Source: Takakia lepidozioides
Taxonomy: Eukaryota; Plantae; Bryophyta
Assembly (NCBI GenBank): GCA_030704615.1
Contig: CM060731.1
Coordinates: 50,344,001 to 50,408,000 of the forward strand
DNA length: 64,000 bases
Direction: 5' to 3'
In this document: positions 50,459-62,250 of the stretch, one piece after another
Position numbering within the stretch: position 1 is the stretch's first letter
Layout: the number at the start of each line of letters is the position of its first letter
Program-made: the position numbers and the translations under genes
The notes under the pieces: generated by a model
The model's database searches: none
Told to the model about the DNA's origin: nothing
What the model saw: the letters and a program-made list of their open reading frames with translations, nothing else

Positions 50459-52974
50459 ATTCGCAACTCCTTTGTCAAGAGGTTGGCAATACTTCTGTTG
50501 CAAGGGAGAAGGTGAGGAGTGAGGTCCAGAGAACTAATTCAGCATCTCGTTTCAGCCCCTCCAAGAAATTTTTAACCTTTTGTGTCAGTCTCTCAGAAGT
50601 TATTAAATTTCTCCTACCAGTTGGAGAGTGGATCGGATATAATCTGAGCATACAAGAAGACCTGTTTTACAAATGAGGACCATCCAGAGGTCAAACATTT
50701 TGAACCATGTAAGACGTCATTTGCCTGTACATTTTCCCCACGTTGATCTTCCCTCATCGTTGGCTTCGTCCATCTCCCTTTCCTGCCATAAGTCTGCTGC
50801 AGATGGGCGTTTGTTATAATATGTAAACTTGTTATCGATTATTTTCCTGTAATGTGCTTCATTCGGAGATCTAAAATCTCTGTAGAAAATGTTGTCATTT
50901 TTTCAAGCGGGAGTCTAATCCACACCTGCATGAATATCTCAAATTCTGAAGTCCTTTAGGCACCATATATACAACAAGATTCACAGCAGCCTAGAATGCA
51001 AAGAGCCCGAACTGGAGTACCTGGATTAAAAAGATCGGCACGGATAGAGCACCCAGTATTAAAGCACGTTGATTCACATTCTTATCCTACTCTTATATAC
51101 ACTTATCACTCGCTTCATCCCTCTCTCCCTCTCCACCACACAGGCCCTACCTCTCACCACCTCCAAGTTGGCATCAGTTCTAGAGCTGGAGACATGCAGG
51201 ATCGATTGAATCAGAGCATGAGCAAGCGCCTGCCAAATCAATTACCTGGCTTCCTGATATTTTTCAGACACTGGTCACAGTTTTTCACATCCTCCTCTCC
51301 CTTCTAAAGTCCCCCGTCTCTCCCTCCCCAAACACCAGGTCCTGATATGCAGTTGCCTGATCAGATCCGCATCTTTCAGGTTTCATTCTTCTCAAGATAA
51401 ATCGCAGAAAGTCTGGACGCGAGCGCAGCCAAAGTCGAAAGGTTAATATTCCATGTCTTTCTATATAGTCCTTGGATCGCACCAAAAAAAGAGTGAAGCT
51501 TACTTCTCTCCCTCACTGGATCTCCGGCTCCTCTCTGTGTTTGACGATCTCACTTCACACCGCTTTTGCAGTAGCAACTACGGATGAACCCCTCCTTCTT
51601 CATCCACAGTCTGTTATCATTCGTGGGCCGTTGCCATAGTGTAGCAAGGATGTCAATTGATGTCACGTTAGACATGGCATGCAATGTGCATCTACCAGTG
51701 TAAGGTTGGCTTGTGATCTCCACTTACGTCCTTACGTCACTTGTGGTTTAACGTGGTAATATCAATGATGTGTCGTTTCATTACTCCATATTTACGCTTT
51801 GGCGTTTTTTTCACAGCTTACCCTAATTTTACGAATGCAACTTCCTAACGGTGGTTGTATGCATCAAGTTGGCACAGCAAAGGTCACTGCAACAAAAAAA
51901 AAAATGAATTCAGAGAAAATTCCGCAGAGCGATGGGATTTTTCCGGAAAATCCCGGCCATTGGCAAAACAGGCTTTGTGGTGCCGGACCGGTGCCTTCTC
52001 CGGCAGGTCTGTGAAGGGCCATCATCGCCGCTGCCTGCCAGCGCACGATTTCCGGCCTGCCACGTCGCCAGTCAACACCCCTGCACCACCAATTTCCTGG
52101 ACCCCTCCACGCTTCAAAAAATCCTGCATGCAGGGTATTTAGTGGAATGAGGCGCCGCTTGCTGGAGCGTGTAGAGGACGACGTGGGTTCCATTTTTCAT
52201 TCAGGGCCCACTTCCAACGGATGCCATCCGGCGAATATACGCCGTGGCCAACGTCGTCGTTTGGGTTAACTCTTATGTGTGTCCACTTTTTGATCCATTT
52301 CACGACTCTATTGACACAAGGTGGGGTTGGAGGTGCTTCCATCCACCATCACCCGTTCAGAGACTGGTCATTGTCTATCAGGGATAAGTCGACAATAGCG
52401 ACATTACGGCACGTGAAGAAATAATAATTACATATAGATGTATATATATAATATTGCAAAAAAACCATGATTTATCTTGGAAAGGAAAAAAAAAGAATAA
52501 TTGTTGTTATTAGTCATGGATCTTCCTTAAAAAATACTTTATAGTATCGCTAAGTCGGGGACAGGTCTACCAAACTCAATGATCTGGTCTCTCAAGATAT
52601 TGTTAAAAATAATAATGTTAGAAAAAAGAAAGAAAAAAGAAATAGAAAGAATGGTGGGCCTAGAGGAAGATCAATGTCAATGTCTTAGCCCTATCCTTGA
52701 GACATGAGCCCTTTATTGGCTTTGTCTAAAGAGGAGACGCCTATCCCTATCCATCAGTGTCAAAAATTGGTAAGCTCATGTTGTGCCTTCCCCAGTGTCA
52801 CCTGCTCTCCTTTGCTGGAAACTACTTCCTGATTTGCCTTCTCCAGGTAACACCTCCCTCAGGTAACATCTCACTATTGAAAAATTTATGAGAAATAAAT
52901 GGATGAAGTTTCAAGTTTATTATGGATGAAAATAGATTTCACTATTCACAAAGACGAACCATAGGGGACTAGGC

Positions 52975-53205
52975 GATTCTTTTTCTTTTTCTTAAATTTT
53001 TAAACCAGAACAGGGACAGTGGCCATGGAAATTTATTAATTGGAAATGGGAGAACAAGGAGGAAAAAATAACCTCCGGGACATGAAGGCACAAAACATAA
53101 GGGGAACAACCCAGGGCCTAAAAGGTAAGGGGGGAAAGAGCAGGATCGAACAACGAAAGGGCCAGTCCCGGCCACCAAACTAGGAGAAAGAACTAAGAGA
53201 AAAAC
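52975..53205 (-). mobile_element. LINE 3' UTR / A-tail remnant
   Basis: Minus strand AATAAATTTCCATGGCCACTGTCCCTG..TTTAAAAA plus an A-rich tail; similar to the L1 end at 32730-32780. Confidence 0.45.
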
Positions 53206-54618
53206 TTATTGTTGGCTTTAGTAGAATAAAGATCAGGAGATTAATCATTAGTGTCAAAAATCTTTAAGCACCTGATGTAGATGAATTTTCAAGTTTATTT
53301 TGGATAAAAGTAGATTCCACTATTCAGCTTGAGCGGGCATACGCAATTGGCCACTTGTTATCACTATTATCTGTAGATTAAGCAAGGTAGTTTGTTTTGT
53401 TTTGCTTTATATTGTTTTGTCGTTGAGATCCCCCAAACCGCAAGGCCTCCGCCCGGGGTCTTAATACAGCTGGAAAAAGCCCTCGATGAGTAGGGGTGCA
53501 TCGAGGTGGTTTCATTATTCTTTAAGTATAGGAGATATTGAATTTCAAGGTTTTTTTGTCACTGGGAATTGATCATGAAAAACGACAAGCCCTTCACAAT
53601 GCCAAAATGTCGGCAAATATGTAGAGCAGTTTCATTCGGACCTTGTTAATTCTAGAGTGGTCCAGGAATTACTGTGGCCTAGGAATTACCGTGGGGGGCT
53701 TATGTAGTAAGGCCACCTGTATGGTCCAAGAATAAAAGCAAGGAGTTACATGGCCCATGAATGTAGGGTCTAGTCGGTAAGTATAGCCTATAGTATAGCC
53801 ATTTTTAGTAGTTCAATAGTTGACTTCCTAGATAGTTTTAGTTTCTAGACAATTATGTATATAGTTATAGGCAATTTCACTAGTCACTAGTTGACTTTCT
53901 AGATACTTCTACTATTATGTCGGTTGGGTTTCAAGCAACTGAGTAGTGGCTTCCAATTTGGTGCCACAGGCATTACAACCCTCTATCACTAGTGGTTTCA
54001 CAGCCAGTGTGAGTAGTTCTTTCCTATCTTGTGGGTGGGCTAACTTGGTTGTGGTTGTGGTTGTGGCTGCTGCAGGAGTACGGCAGGGTCCAAGAGGAGT
54101 AGAAGGGTACAGGGTCTAGAGAAGGTTGGGGCTTGGTAAGGGGCTTGGTGCATGTGGAGTGCTTGGGGTTGGCGAAGTTGGGCTGGGGGCACTGGGATCG
54201 ACAAGCTTGTCAACATGACTCTATTTCATACAGGTTCAATTTACAAAACTCTCAAACCCGCATATAGATAACCTGCTAGAATTTACTTCAATCCTGATTT
54301 TTGCACTTTCTCAATTTTCTAAACTTTACAGAAACTGTATGAGCGTATTGAGCTTTCTTTTAATTAGTGGATGGTCCTGCATCAAATTTTACTAGCAATA
54401 CACTGCATGGAAAAAGTATTATTTTTTATTTTTCCTGGTTATTTTTTCCTTGTTTGTCTTCCAAATTTTTCCTTATTAATAAATTAAACGGGGCCTCTGT
54501 CCCCTGCTGGTTTAAAATTATTATTTAATTTTAAAATATATTTAGTTTTATAAAATAATAATAATAAACGTGCACTGTAAGTACGGTGTGCATGTCCGTC
54601 CGTGTGGACACACACAGT

Positions 54619-54820
54619 GAAGGGTGGCGGCAAGTAGCGGGAGGGACGAGTTGTCTTCCCGCGCAATAGGAAGCATATGACATGGGAAGCTGGCGACAAG
54701 TGGCGGGAGGGATGAGTTGTTTTCCCTTGCAATAGGAAGCACATACATGGGAAGCCGGCGGCAAGTGGCGGGAGGGACGAGTTGTCTTCCGGCGCAATAT
54801 GAAGCATATATATGGGAAGC
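54619..54820. repeat. Three tandem ~64-bp repeats
   Basis: Unit GAAG..GGCGGCAAGTGGCGGGAGGGACGAGTTGTCTTCC..GCAATAGGAAGCA.ATACATGG. Confidence 0.85.
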
Positions 54821-55130
54821 AGACGTAAAAATCAGGTCTGGAGTATTCTGCTGCTTTTTAAGACTAATTCTCAGGCGGGATCAGCCACCTAGGGTGTACT
54901 GCCAAATCGGCTGGGATGGCCGATTATGCACCCAGGATGGCAGAGTATGCAACTACCCAGGTACATGTCATCAACAATCACCCCACCCACCATTCCCTTG
55001 AAGCTCACCCCGGTTTATATCCTCCAAGAGGGTTCTGAATATGGGCAATCAATATGGGATAATTCAACCCCAATCAGATTGCGCCAGGTAGTGGCAAGAA
55101 TACTCCATAACGTGCTTTTTACGCCAGAAG

Positions 55131-55230
55131 GGGCCGGGTAGGGGCGACTCTGCCCTGTGCGCGGCCACCGGGCTCGGCGTACCGGCCGTGCCTAGTGTCG
55201 CTTACAGGGCAGAATCGCCCTACCCGGCCC
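55131..55230. repeat. GC-rich inverted repeat (~27-bp stem)
   Basis: GGGCCGGGTAGGGGCGACTCTGCCCTGT ... ACAGGGCAGAATCGCCCTACCCGGCCC. Confidence 0.85.
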
Positions 55231-55233
55231 GTT

Positions 55234-56377
55234 TAGGGAATTCCAAAAAGGCCTTGATGTGAAATGCATTGCAATTCACTTGATCACCCCCCTAAAAGTG
55301 CGCAATTCAATTGAACTGCTAAAACTAGCTTGAAAACAACCCTAATTTGCAATTCAATTGAATTGCTAGTTGATAATTCAATTGAATTGCTGACTACAAT
55401 TCAATTGAATTGTAATCTATAATTTTTAACTTATTTCTGTATATAATATATAATAAATATTACATATTTAAATTATACATATATGCATACAAAAGTATAA
55501 GCTAAAAATACATGTTGCCCGTCTATTCTTGCTGTCCGTCTGTCAATCATTTGCCCATGGTAAGGCTTGAGCCCGAGATAAGCCTAAGGGAGAGCGAGAG
55601 AGGGAGAGAGAGAGACAGGAAGTCACGAAGCGCTTGTAAAAGCAGGATTGTCCCTCTTTGTGGATGTTGGTGCCAATGTATGGCTATGTACATATACCAA
55701 ACATGATACCAATGTAAGAGTATCAACGTGTAAGAGTTTGATATATTAAACTTATATGGAACACACATCCCAACTTCAACATGATACCTTTGTAAGGGTA
55801 TCGAAACAATATTATTTTTGATAATTCTCAAGATGAACATATCATTTGTTTTCTGTGTCCTGGCCAGATACTAGTGTTAGGGAACTACATGATGATGCAG
55901 GGGAAGCCTTTCATCAATTGTCAAGTTTGATTTTGTCTGTTTCTTTCAGAGCCAGCCATGTTTCTTTTGCCAGTGAATTACAGGAAGCTGCTGATCTCTC
56001 TCCCTCTCTGGCTCTCCCTTTCTCACTGAGGGTGAGGTTGGCTTCACAACTCCACAATTTCCTCAAGGGCACAAGAAAGAGGGGCAGCAAGAATAGACGG
56101 GCAACATGTATTTTTATCTTATACTCTTATATGTATATAAATATAATATATACATATACATTATATATTATATACAGAAATAAGTTAAAAATTATAGATT
56201 ACAATTCAATTGAATTGCAAATTAGGGTTGTTTTCAAGCTAGTTTTAGCAGTTCAATTGAATTGCCCTTGCAGTTCAATTGAATTGCCCTTGCAATTCAA
56301 TTGAATTGCGCACTTTTAGGGGGGTGATCAAGTGAATTGCGATGCATTTGACATCAAGGCCTTTTTGGAATTCCCTA
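55234..56377. mobile_element. Non-autonomous foldback-type DNA transposon with ~300-bp TIRs
   Basis: Termini TAGGGAATTCCAAAAAGGCCTTGATGT / ACATCAAGGCCTTTTTGGAATTCCCTA; TIRs contain repeated CAATTCAATTGAATTG palindromes; flanks GCCCGTT / GCCGGTT. Confidence 0.92.
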
Positions 56378-56396
56378 GCCGGTTCTCTAGTATAAT

Positions 56397-56939
56397 ATGT
56401 GCTCAACGGCACAGGCCAAACTAGGCATTATGATGTTTGCTTGTTGTCGATGGATGTGGATATTTTTCATCAATGTCAAGCCGTGCCGCATTGCGTCCTC
56501 CCGGGTCCCCCCGGCAAATCCTGACTTGTGGCCAACCAAACGTGATGGAAAGCTTGTTCGGTGTTTCCCTCCAACCGCTGAACACTTTGGCAAAGTGGAG
56601 TCCGCAAGAATGCTCCAAGCTCGTGTTGGAAGCACCACGGAAGTATCCGATCCAGGATATGGTCGGGTATTCACAATCATCACTTCCACATCTGCTGTTC
56701 ATGACAGGACCTACGACATCACGGTTTCCAATTTCCCCAATTGCACATGTCCTGATTTTGTGAATATGCTATCAACCAGTTTAGGCAAGAGAGGTAAATT
56801 CATACCCTGCAAACATTTGTATTTCATATTTTTGAAGAGAATGGTTTGCGATCCCAAACGTGACAACTTCATTCACCAGGCCACTATGAGTTTCAACGAG
56901 ATCGATACTCTATTGCAGCGGGATACAACACATGGGTAG
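56397..56939 (+). pseudogene. SWIM zinc-finger ORF fragment, probably TE-derived
   Basis: YDITVSNFPNCTCPDF...FIPCKHLYFIF fits CxC-Xn-CxH; no upstream exons evident. Confidence 0.7.
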
Positions 56940-57361
56940 CATCAACTATGCAATGTGGTATGTGGACGACCATGATTTGAAATGTGTAATTCACATCAAT
57001 TCGTTGGCGGTGCAATGATATGGCCTCCAACTATACTGAGTGAGCTCTGAGTGACATCTTTTAAAAGCACATTTGTCATTGCACCGTTCGAAGTCTACAT
57101 GTCTTGCTGTCGCTATGCACTACAATCATCTTTTGAAGATGATCCTAACTCTCATTGTTAGACTTCCCCGTCATCATGTGTATGAAGACAGAGACATTCA
57201 GGTTTATTGCCTACAAAAGTGCAAGGTATTCTGTAAGTTGTTGGCATAAACAATTTGAAGCATAATTGCAAGTTATATGTCATGGTTTTAGTCATGGTTG
57301 ACTAGAATTACCTACTTCTAGTTAACTAGGACATTTTGAATATTTATATTTGTATTTTGTG

Positions 57362-59249
57362 TGTTGGGACTTCATTTGGTCTCATATGCCAAGTGAGGTG
57401 TCAAGCCTCACTTGGGACATGGGAAAGGGGTTTTCTCCTTGTGAGTGTTGAGGAGGGCTCATCTTCTTGTAGTTGAGCCCCCATGAGTCTCTCTCACCTC
57501 CATAGCTCTAGGTATTGAGAGGGAGTGTGTTGAAGGCTTTGTAGGGTGGATTCCTTTAGCAAAGGTGCCCTTGGCTTGACTTAGTTTATGTGATAGAGTG
57601 GATTTCACTTGAAAGGACTAGGGCTTGTTCTTAGTATGTTTGCTTCATGCTTTGAGAGTTTTCATTGTCTTCCACTTTCCTCATTTCTCATCTCTTATCA
57701 CTACAAGAAGACCACCTTATGCTTGTGAGTGCGGAGTGTAAGGATTAGTTTTGCACTTGTATGTTAAAGAGGTTGAGAGCTAGGAGAATTTAGCTCTTAT
57801 ATCACAAGGCTTGCAAGGGGTTGCAAGGAAAGATGCTCGAGTGTTGCATGCACCAAGGAGTTGGAGAGCTTGAGAAGAACGCTCTTGAGTTACAAGATTT
57901 TGTAAGGATTGCAAGGAGGAAGTCTTGTGTGTGTGGAAGCATGGATTCTAGGGTTTGAGAATCATTTGTATGCATTATGGAGTCAATGGTGTGCGCCATG
58001 GCTTGTGGAAAGTGACTAAAGGCTTCTTAGTGCTCATTTCACTATCAAGCTAGGGTTAAGCAAGTTCAAAGTGTGGATGCTGTGGAAAAGAAGCCAATGA
58101 GCTACATAGGCTTGAGCTTGAAGACAACAAGGGCAAGCACTTGGAGAGCACTAAGAAGCTCAAGACGTTTTGAAAGGGAGCATGTGAAGAAATCTTCCAA
58201 TCATGGTGGTGTGGAGCCAAGCTTAGGGTGCCATTGGAAGGGCTTGGAGAACATATGGTAGGAAATCCTTGAAGGGAAATCATCATTCAATGTATGCATA
58301 GCTTCACCCTAACTATGTAATGTGACAAGAGGGGGAGGCAATACTTGGCTATTTATGCTCTTGGTAGTGTGAGCTTTGTGGTAGATAGTTGACCAAACAA
58401 GTGGTGCATGTGTGGAGCATACTATCTTGAGTTTGTAAGTTCAAGTTTGAGAAGGGGAGCTCTTGAACTAGCAAGAGGTGAAGGCCTTGAGATCCATTTG
58501 TGTATGAAGTGGAGAGGTGTTGATTCATGTTACAATGAATGAGAGCAACACATAGGCCAAGAGGTCATGGAACATGCATTCAATGACCAAGGGGAGCACA
58601 TGGATGATGGATTAGTGCAAGACCCCAAAGGAGGCATATGGCGTGAGAGTGGGATCCAAGGTGGATTGCTTGGGAGCATATTGTAAGTGACAAGCATTGC
58701 TCCTATACATTGAGATAATTTGTATTGATTTGGAGAAATTGGCAAGTGATAAGGAGACAAATGCATGATTGCTTGACAATAGAGATATGGTAGTTTGCAA
58801 TCAAATCCCAAGGACTAGAAGGGGGATTGATTTGATGGCCAATGATTGCAAGTTGAGTTGGACCACTCTTGGTTGCACATTGGGGTGGAAAAGAGCAAGA
58901 AGATGCCTCTTATGACCACCTAGAGACCATATTTTTGCTTGAGCAGAAGCATAGAAGTCAAGGACTTGCATTCTAGCTTTTCATTACAAACCCTAGTAGT
59001 ATATGCTCAGACTATACCTCTGTTAGTATACCAAATATGAGCTTTTCCCTTTGACTATACCTCTGTTGAGGTATCACCATATGTGAACCCTAATGTGAGC
59101 CTATACCTCTGTTAGTATACCAAACATGAGCTTGTCCATTTTATTATACCTCTACTGAGGTATCACCATATGTGAACCCTAATCAGCTCAGACTATACCT
59201 CTGTTAGTATACCAAACAGGAGCTTGTCCCTTTTACTATACCCCTGTTG
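57362..59249. mobile_element. LTR-retrotransposon-like, strongly CpG-depleted remnant ending in ~2.7 tandem ~93-bp repeats (59005-59249)
   Basis: Starts TGTTGG; almost no CG; repeat unit CTATACCTCTGTTAGTATACCAAA..GAGGTATCACCATATGTGAACCCTAAT. Confidence 0.45.
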
Positions 59250-59400
59250 AGGGGGGGTGCTATTCCGTGAGCCCGGAGGCGTGAGCCTGTGAGCCCAGGA
59301 AACCGTGAGCCCAGCACAGGCTCACGCCACGTCAGCATGCATACAGGGCCTATTTCCGCGGGTGTCACCTATTACCGCGGGTTGATCAACCATTTGCAGG
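59250..59400. mobile_element. DNA transposon left terminus (GTGAGCC repeats), related to 31300-31520
   Basis: GGGGGTGCTATTCCGTGAGCCCGG..GGCTCACGCCACGTCAGCA; it interrupts the 93-bp tandem array. Confidence 0.55.
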
Positions 59401-60774
59401 GAATGCAGACTGGTTGTGTTACATCCATTGTATCCATCCTTACTATCCATTGCATCCATTTAGACGTTATAAACATACCAAGCCCCTGCATTGGAATGTG
59501 GCTACGTCGTGAGCAGGTGCACACTGACATCGTCCAAAGCGGATCCCTGCGAATCTTTTCATACTCACCATCCTTACGAACATGCCAAGTATGTGCGGGA
59601 GCATCATGGATGTTCACCAGAATTGAGAATGCCTGAACGATCTTTGATCACGTGGACTTTAACGTGATGGATTTACCAAGCATTCTTCTAGCAAGAATGG
59701 TTTGGAGACCAACGAGCAAATGATGCGAGAATGCTCTACCCGAACCAAAGATGTTTGTTTCTTTTTGCAATGCTAACAAGCCTGTGAGCTCCGCAAAACA
59801 CTGAATAGATTGAAGGAACAATCCGAGTAGTCCATGCAACCCCCATCTCCAACGATAGTCTGTTCCCATGAATTTGCATCCCACGCACACATTGCAAACA
59901 TGACAACAGGGACACACAACCATCCCATTTCCAAATTGGCCCCGAATAAAAGCAAAAGAAAACTTCATATCAAGTGTTACAGTCATCAGAATCAGTATCG
60001 ACCTCCTGTGTTATGTCATCCACAAAGATTCCGGCCCCAACACCACGTCTTCTACCACGGCCGTCGATTGTTGGACTGCGAGTGCCATGAACGGACATGC
60101 TTGCTGCGAGTGCCTCCGCATAGCACTAGAAGCATTCGTGTCATTTACCACTGGGATAACGACTCATTTTGAGTCGTAAAAGTAAAAAAACTGGGATCGA
60201 CTGGAAGTTACAACAGACTAGTTACAACAGACGTGGTAGTTGGGTTGGACATCCAATGATTGGAGTGGTAAAGGACGTAGACGCGCGAACAACTGCTCAG
60301 CGATTAATGCGATTAATGCTGAAGAACCACGTGGCGTAACCAGGCGGGCCGCCCGTGTGTCTGACCTTTTGGGCTGACTTTGACTTTTCCCTCCGGATGA
60401 GTGGACCGACTCACCGAAGCGCGGTGACACATGGACGCGGACGTGGACGCGGACGTGGACGACGATGTGGACGCCGACGTGGCGGCGCCACAACGAGCAG
60501 CATTGCTGCCACGTGGCCACGGGCCTGGGGCGCCACGTGGTAGTAGACCACATAACTTGCAGTGCTACATGCCCAAGTGGCAATAGCGACTGCGGAAGTT
60601 GGCGCAACCACTGCTTTACTACTTTACATGAAGTGCTCAAAATTACTTGAACAATCATTCATAGTGATTCATGCTTTGGAGTTTTGGTGTTTGTAGTGAG
60701 TCGACTAGTAATGCCATACAAGAGAACTAATCATGCATTAGAAATGCACAAACGATGAAAGACATGCCATGACA

Positions 60775-60880
60775 CAAAATGAAATGAAAATGAATGAAAT
60801 GAAACAAAATGGTACTTTATTACATCTGCGGAAAGCTCAAAGAGCTTATGGGACAAAACGAAAAACACAAAGTAAAAAAA
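60775..60880 (-). mobile_element. Third copy of the (TTTCA)n LINE tail
   Basis: gaaatgaaa..gcggaaagctcaaagagcttatgggacaaaa, as at 45055-45150. Confidence 0.7.
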
Positions 60881-60994
60881 TAGCCCAAAAGCTACTGCTG
60901 CTCTGGGGATTGCCTAAGGGTCAAGGCCTCGTGCAAGTAAGCTGTCAAGCAGTTCTGATCCTCATAATGCAAGACTTCAGTGAGTTCCATGGAA

Positions 60995-62078
60995 TAGACC
61001 ATCTACCCATGGAGGTTTCTTGTAGTTATTGATCCACAGGGAATCATAGATAAATCTTGTGCTTGAAATTTGGCCCTCTAGGATGAATCTGGACCACACT
61101 CTATCCCTGCTCCTTCAGCTATCCATGCCCCTGCACAAATCATGCATTCATCCTTGCCTTGCTGCTAGTAGCTGACAATGACAACCTACATTTGTTCTAG
61201 GAAACATCCAACTCAGCTTATCACACTAGTTCCTATGCTCAAGTGCGTCTGCTACTCTCTGAAATGTAGCAGGCATTCACCTTTTTGCCTCGGTTGTCCC
61301 ATCATTGACTGGGGGCAGAAAAGTATTCACTCCACAGCTTCTCCTCATGTCTGTTACTTGTTTTTTGATACTTTCTTGTTGTCACATAGCAGTATCATGT
61401 CAAAGTCACTCCAAACTAGATTCACTCAACCAGCTAACTTGCAGAATTCAACATGGAAATTTTGGGCCGATTCTGATAAGAGGGAAAAATAGGGTGAAAT
61501 GTGCTGAAGAAGATGCCTTCATTAACAATGTCTGATTTTATCAATTGTGCCGATGCTGCCAGTTGACCATCTACCCATGCAGGTTTCTTGTAGCTTCATA
61601 GTTAATCTGGAGCTTGAAGTCCGGCCCTCTTGGGTGAATCTGCACCCACACTCTATCCTTGCTCCTTCAGCTATCCATGCCTCGCACGAATCAAACATAC
61701 AACCTTGCCTTGTTGCTAGCAGTTGACGATGACAGCCTAGACTTGTTCTAGGAAGCACCCAACTCAACTTATCACACTAGTTCCTACGCTCAATTGCATC
61801 TGCTACTCTCTATAATCCAACAAACATTCACCTTATTGCCTCGATTGTCCCACCATTGACTGGGGTCAGAAAAGTATTCATTCCACAACTTCTCCTGGTC
61901 TGTGTTACCTATTTCTAATACTTTCCTGTTGTCACATTGGCAGAATCATGTCAAAGTCACTCCAAACTATCAAAACTTCACTCAACCAGCTAACTTGCAG
62001 AATTCAGACATGAATAATTAGGGGCGATTCTGATAACAGGGGACAACAAGGTGAAATTGAAGAAGGTACCTTCATTAG
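60995..62078 (-). pseudogene. Two tandem OSB-type PDF modules (551-bp period)
   Basis: Exon 61925-61832 ..QEKLWNEYFSDPSQWWDNRGNK; intron 61831-61640; exon 61639-61439 IHPRGPDFKLQI..SYKKPAWVDGQLAASAQLIKSDIVNEGIFFSTFHPIFPSYQNRPKISMLNSA; exon ending 61281 EEKLWSEYFSAPSQ*WDNRGKK; exon from 61088 IHPRGPNFKHKI..YDSLWINNYKKPPWVDG. Confidence 0.88.
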
Positions 62079-62094
62079 CAGTCATTACACTCTA

Positions 62095-62250
62095 TCCTTC
62101 GCTCAGCCATATTGTTGAACACTCCCTGTCCACAAGGGTATTGTTCAGAATGACATCTGCCACAATTCCAACTTTGACGATGCAACCATGGACCTCTTTG
62201 CCCTTCCCTAGCAGGCTCGCACATGCACTACAAATGCAAACAAAACTGGT
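62095..62250 (-). pseudogene. PLS PPR fragment directly upstream of the PDF array
   Basis: FVCICSACASLLGKGKEVHGCIVKVGIVADVILNNTLVD; same subfamily as 1807-3600. Confidence 0.8.

Noticed and set aside
60355-60650. RG/RP-repeat ORFs
   Set aside because: They come from a short GTGGACGCGGAC tandem repeat in TE-like sequence; no domain support.
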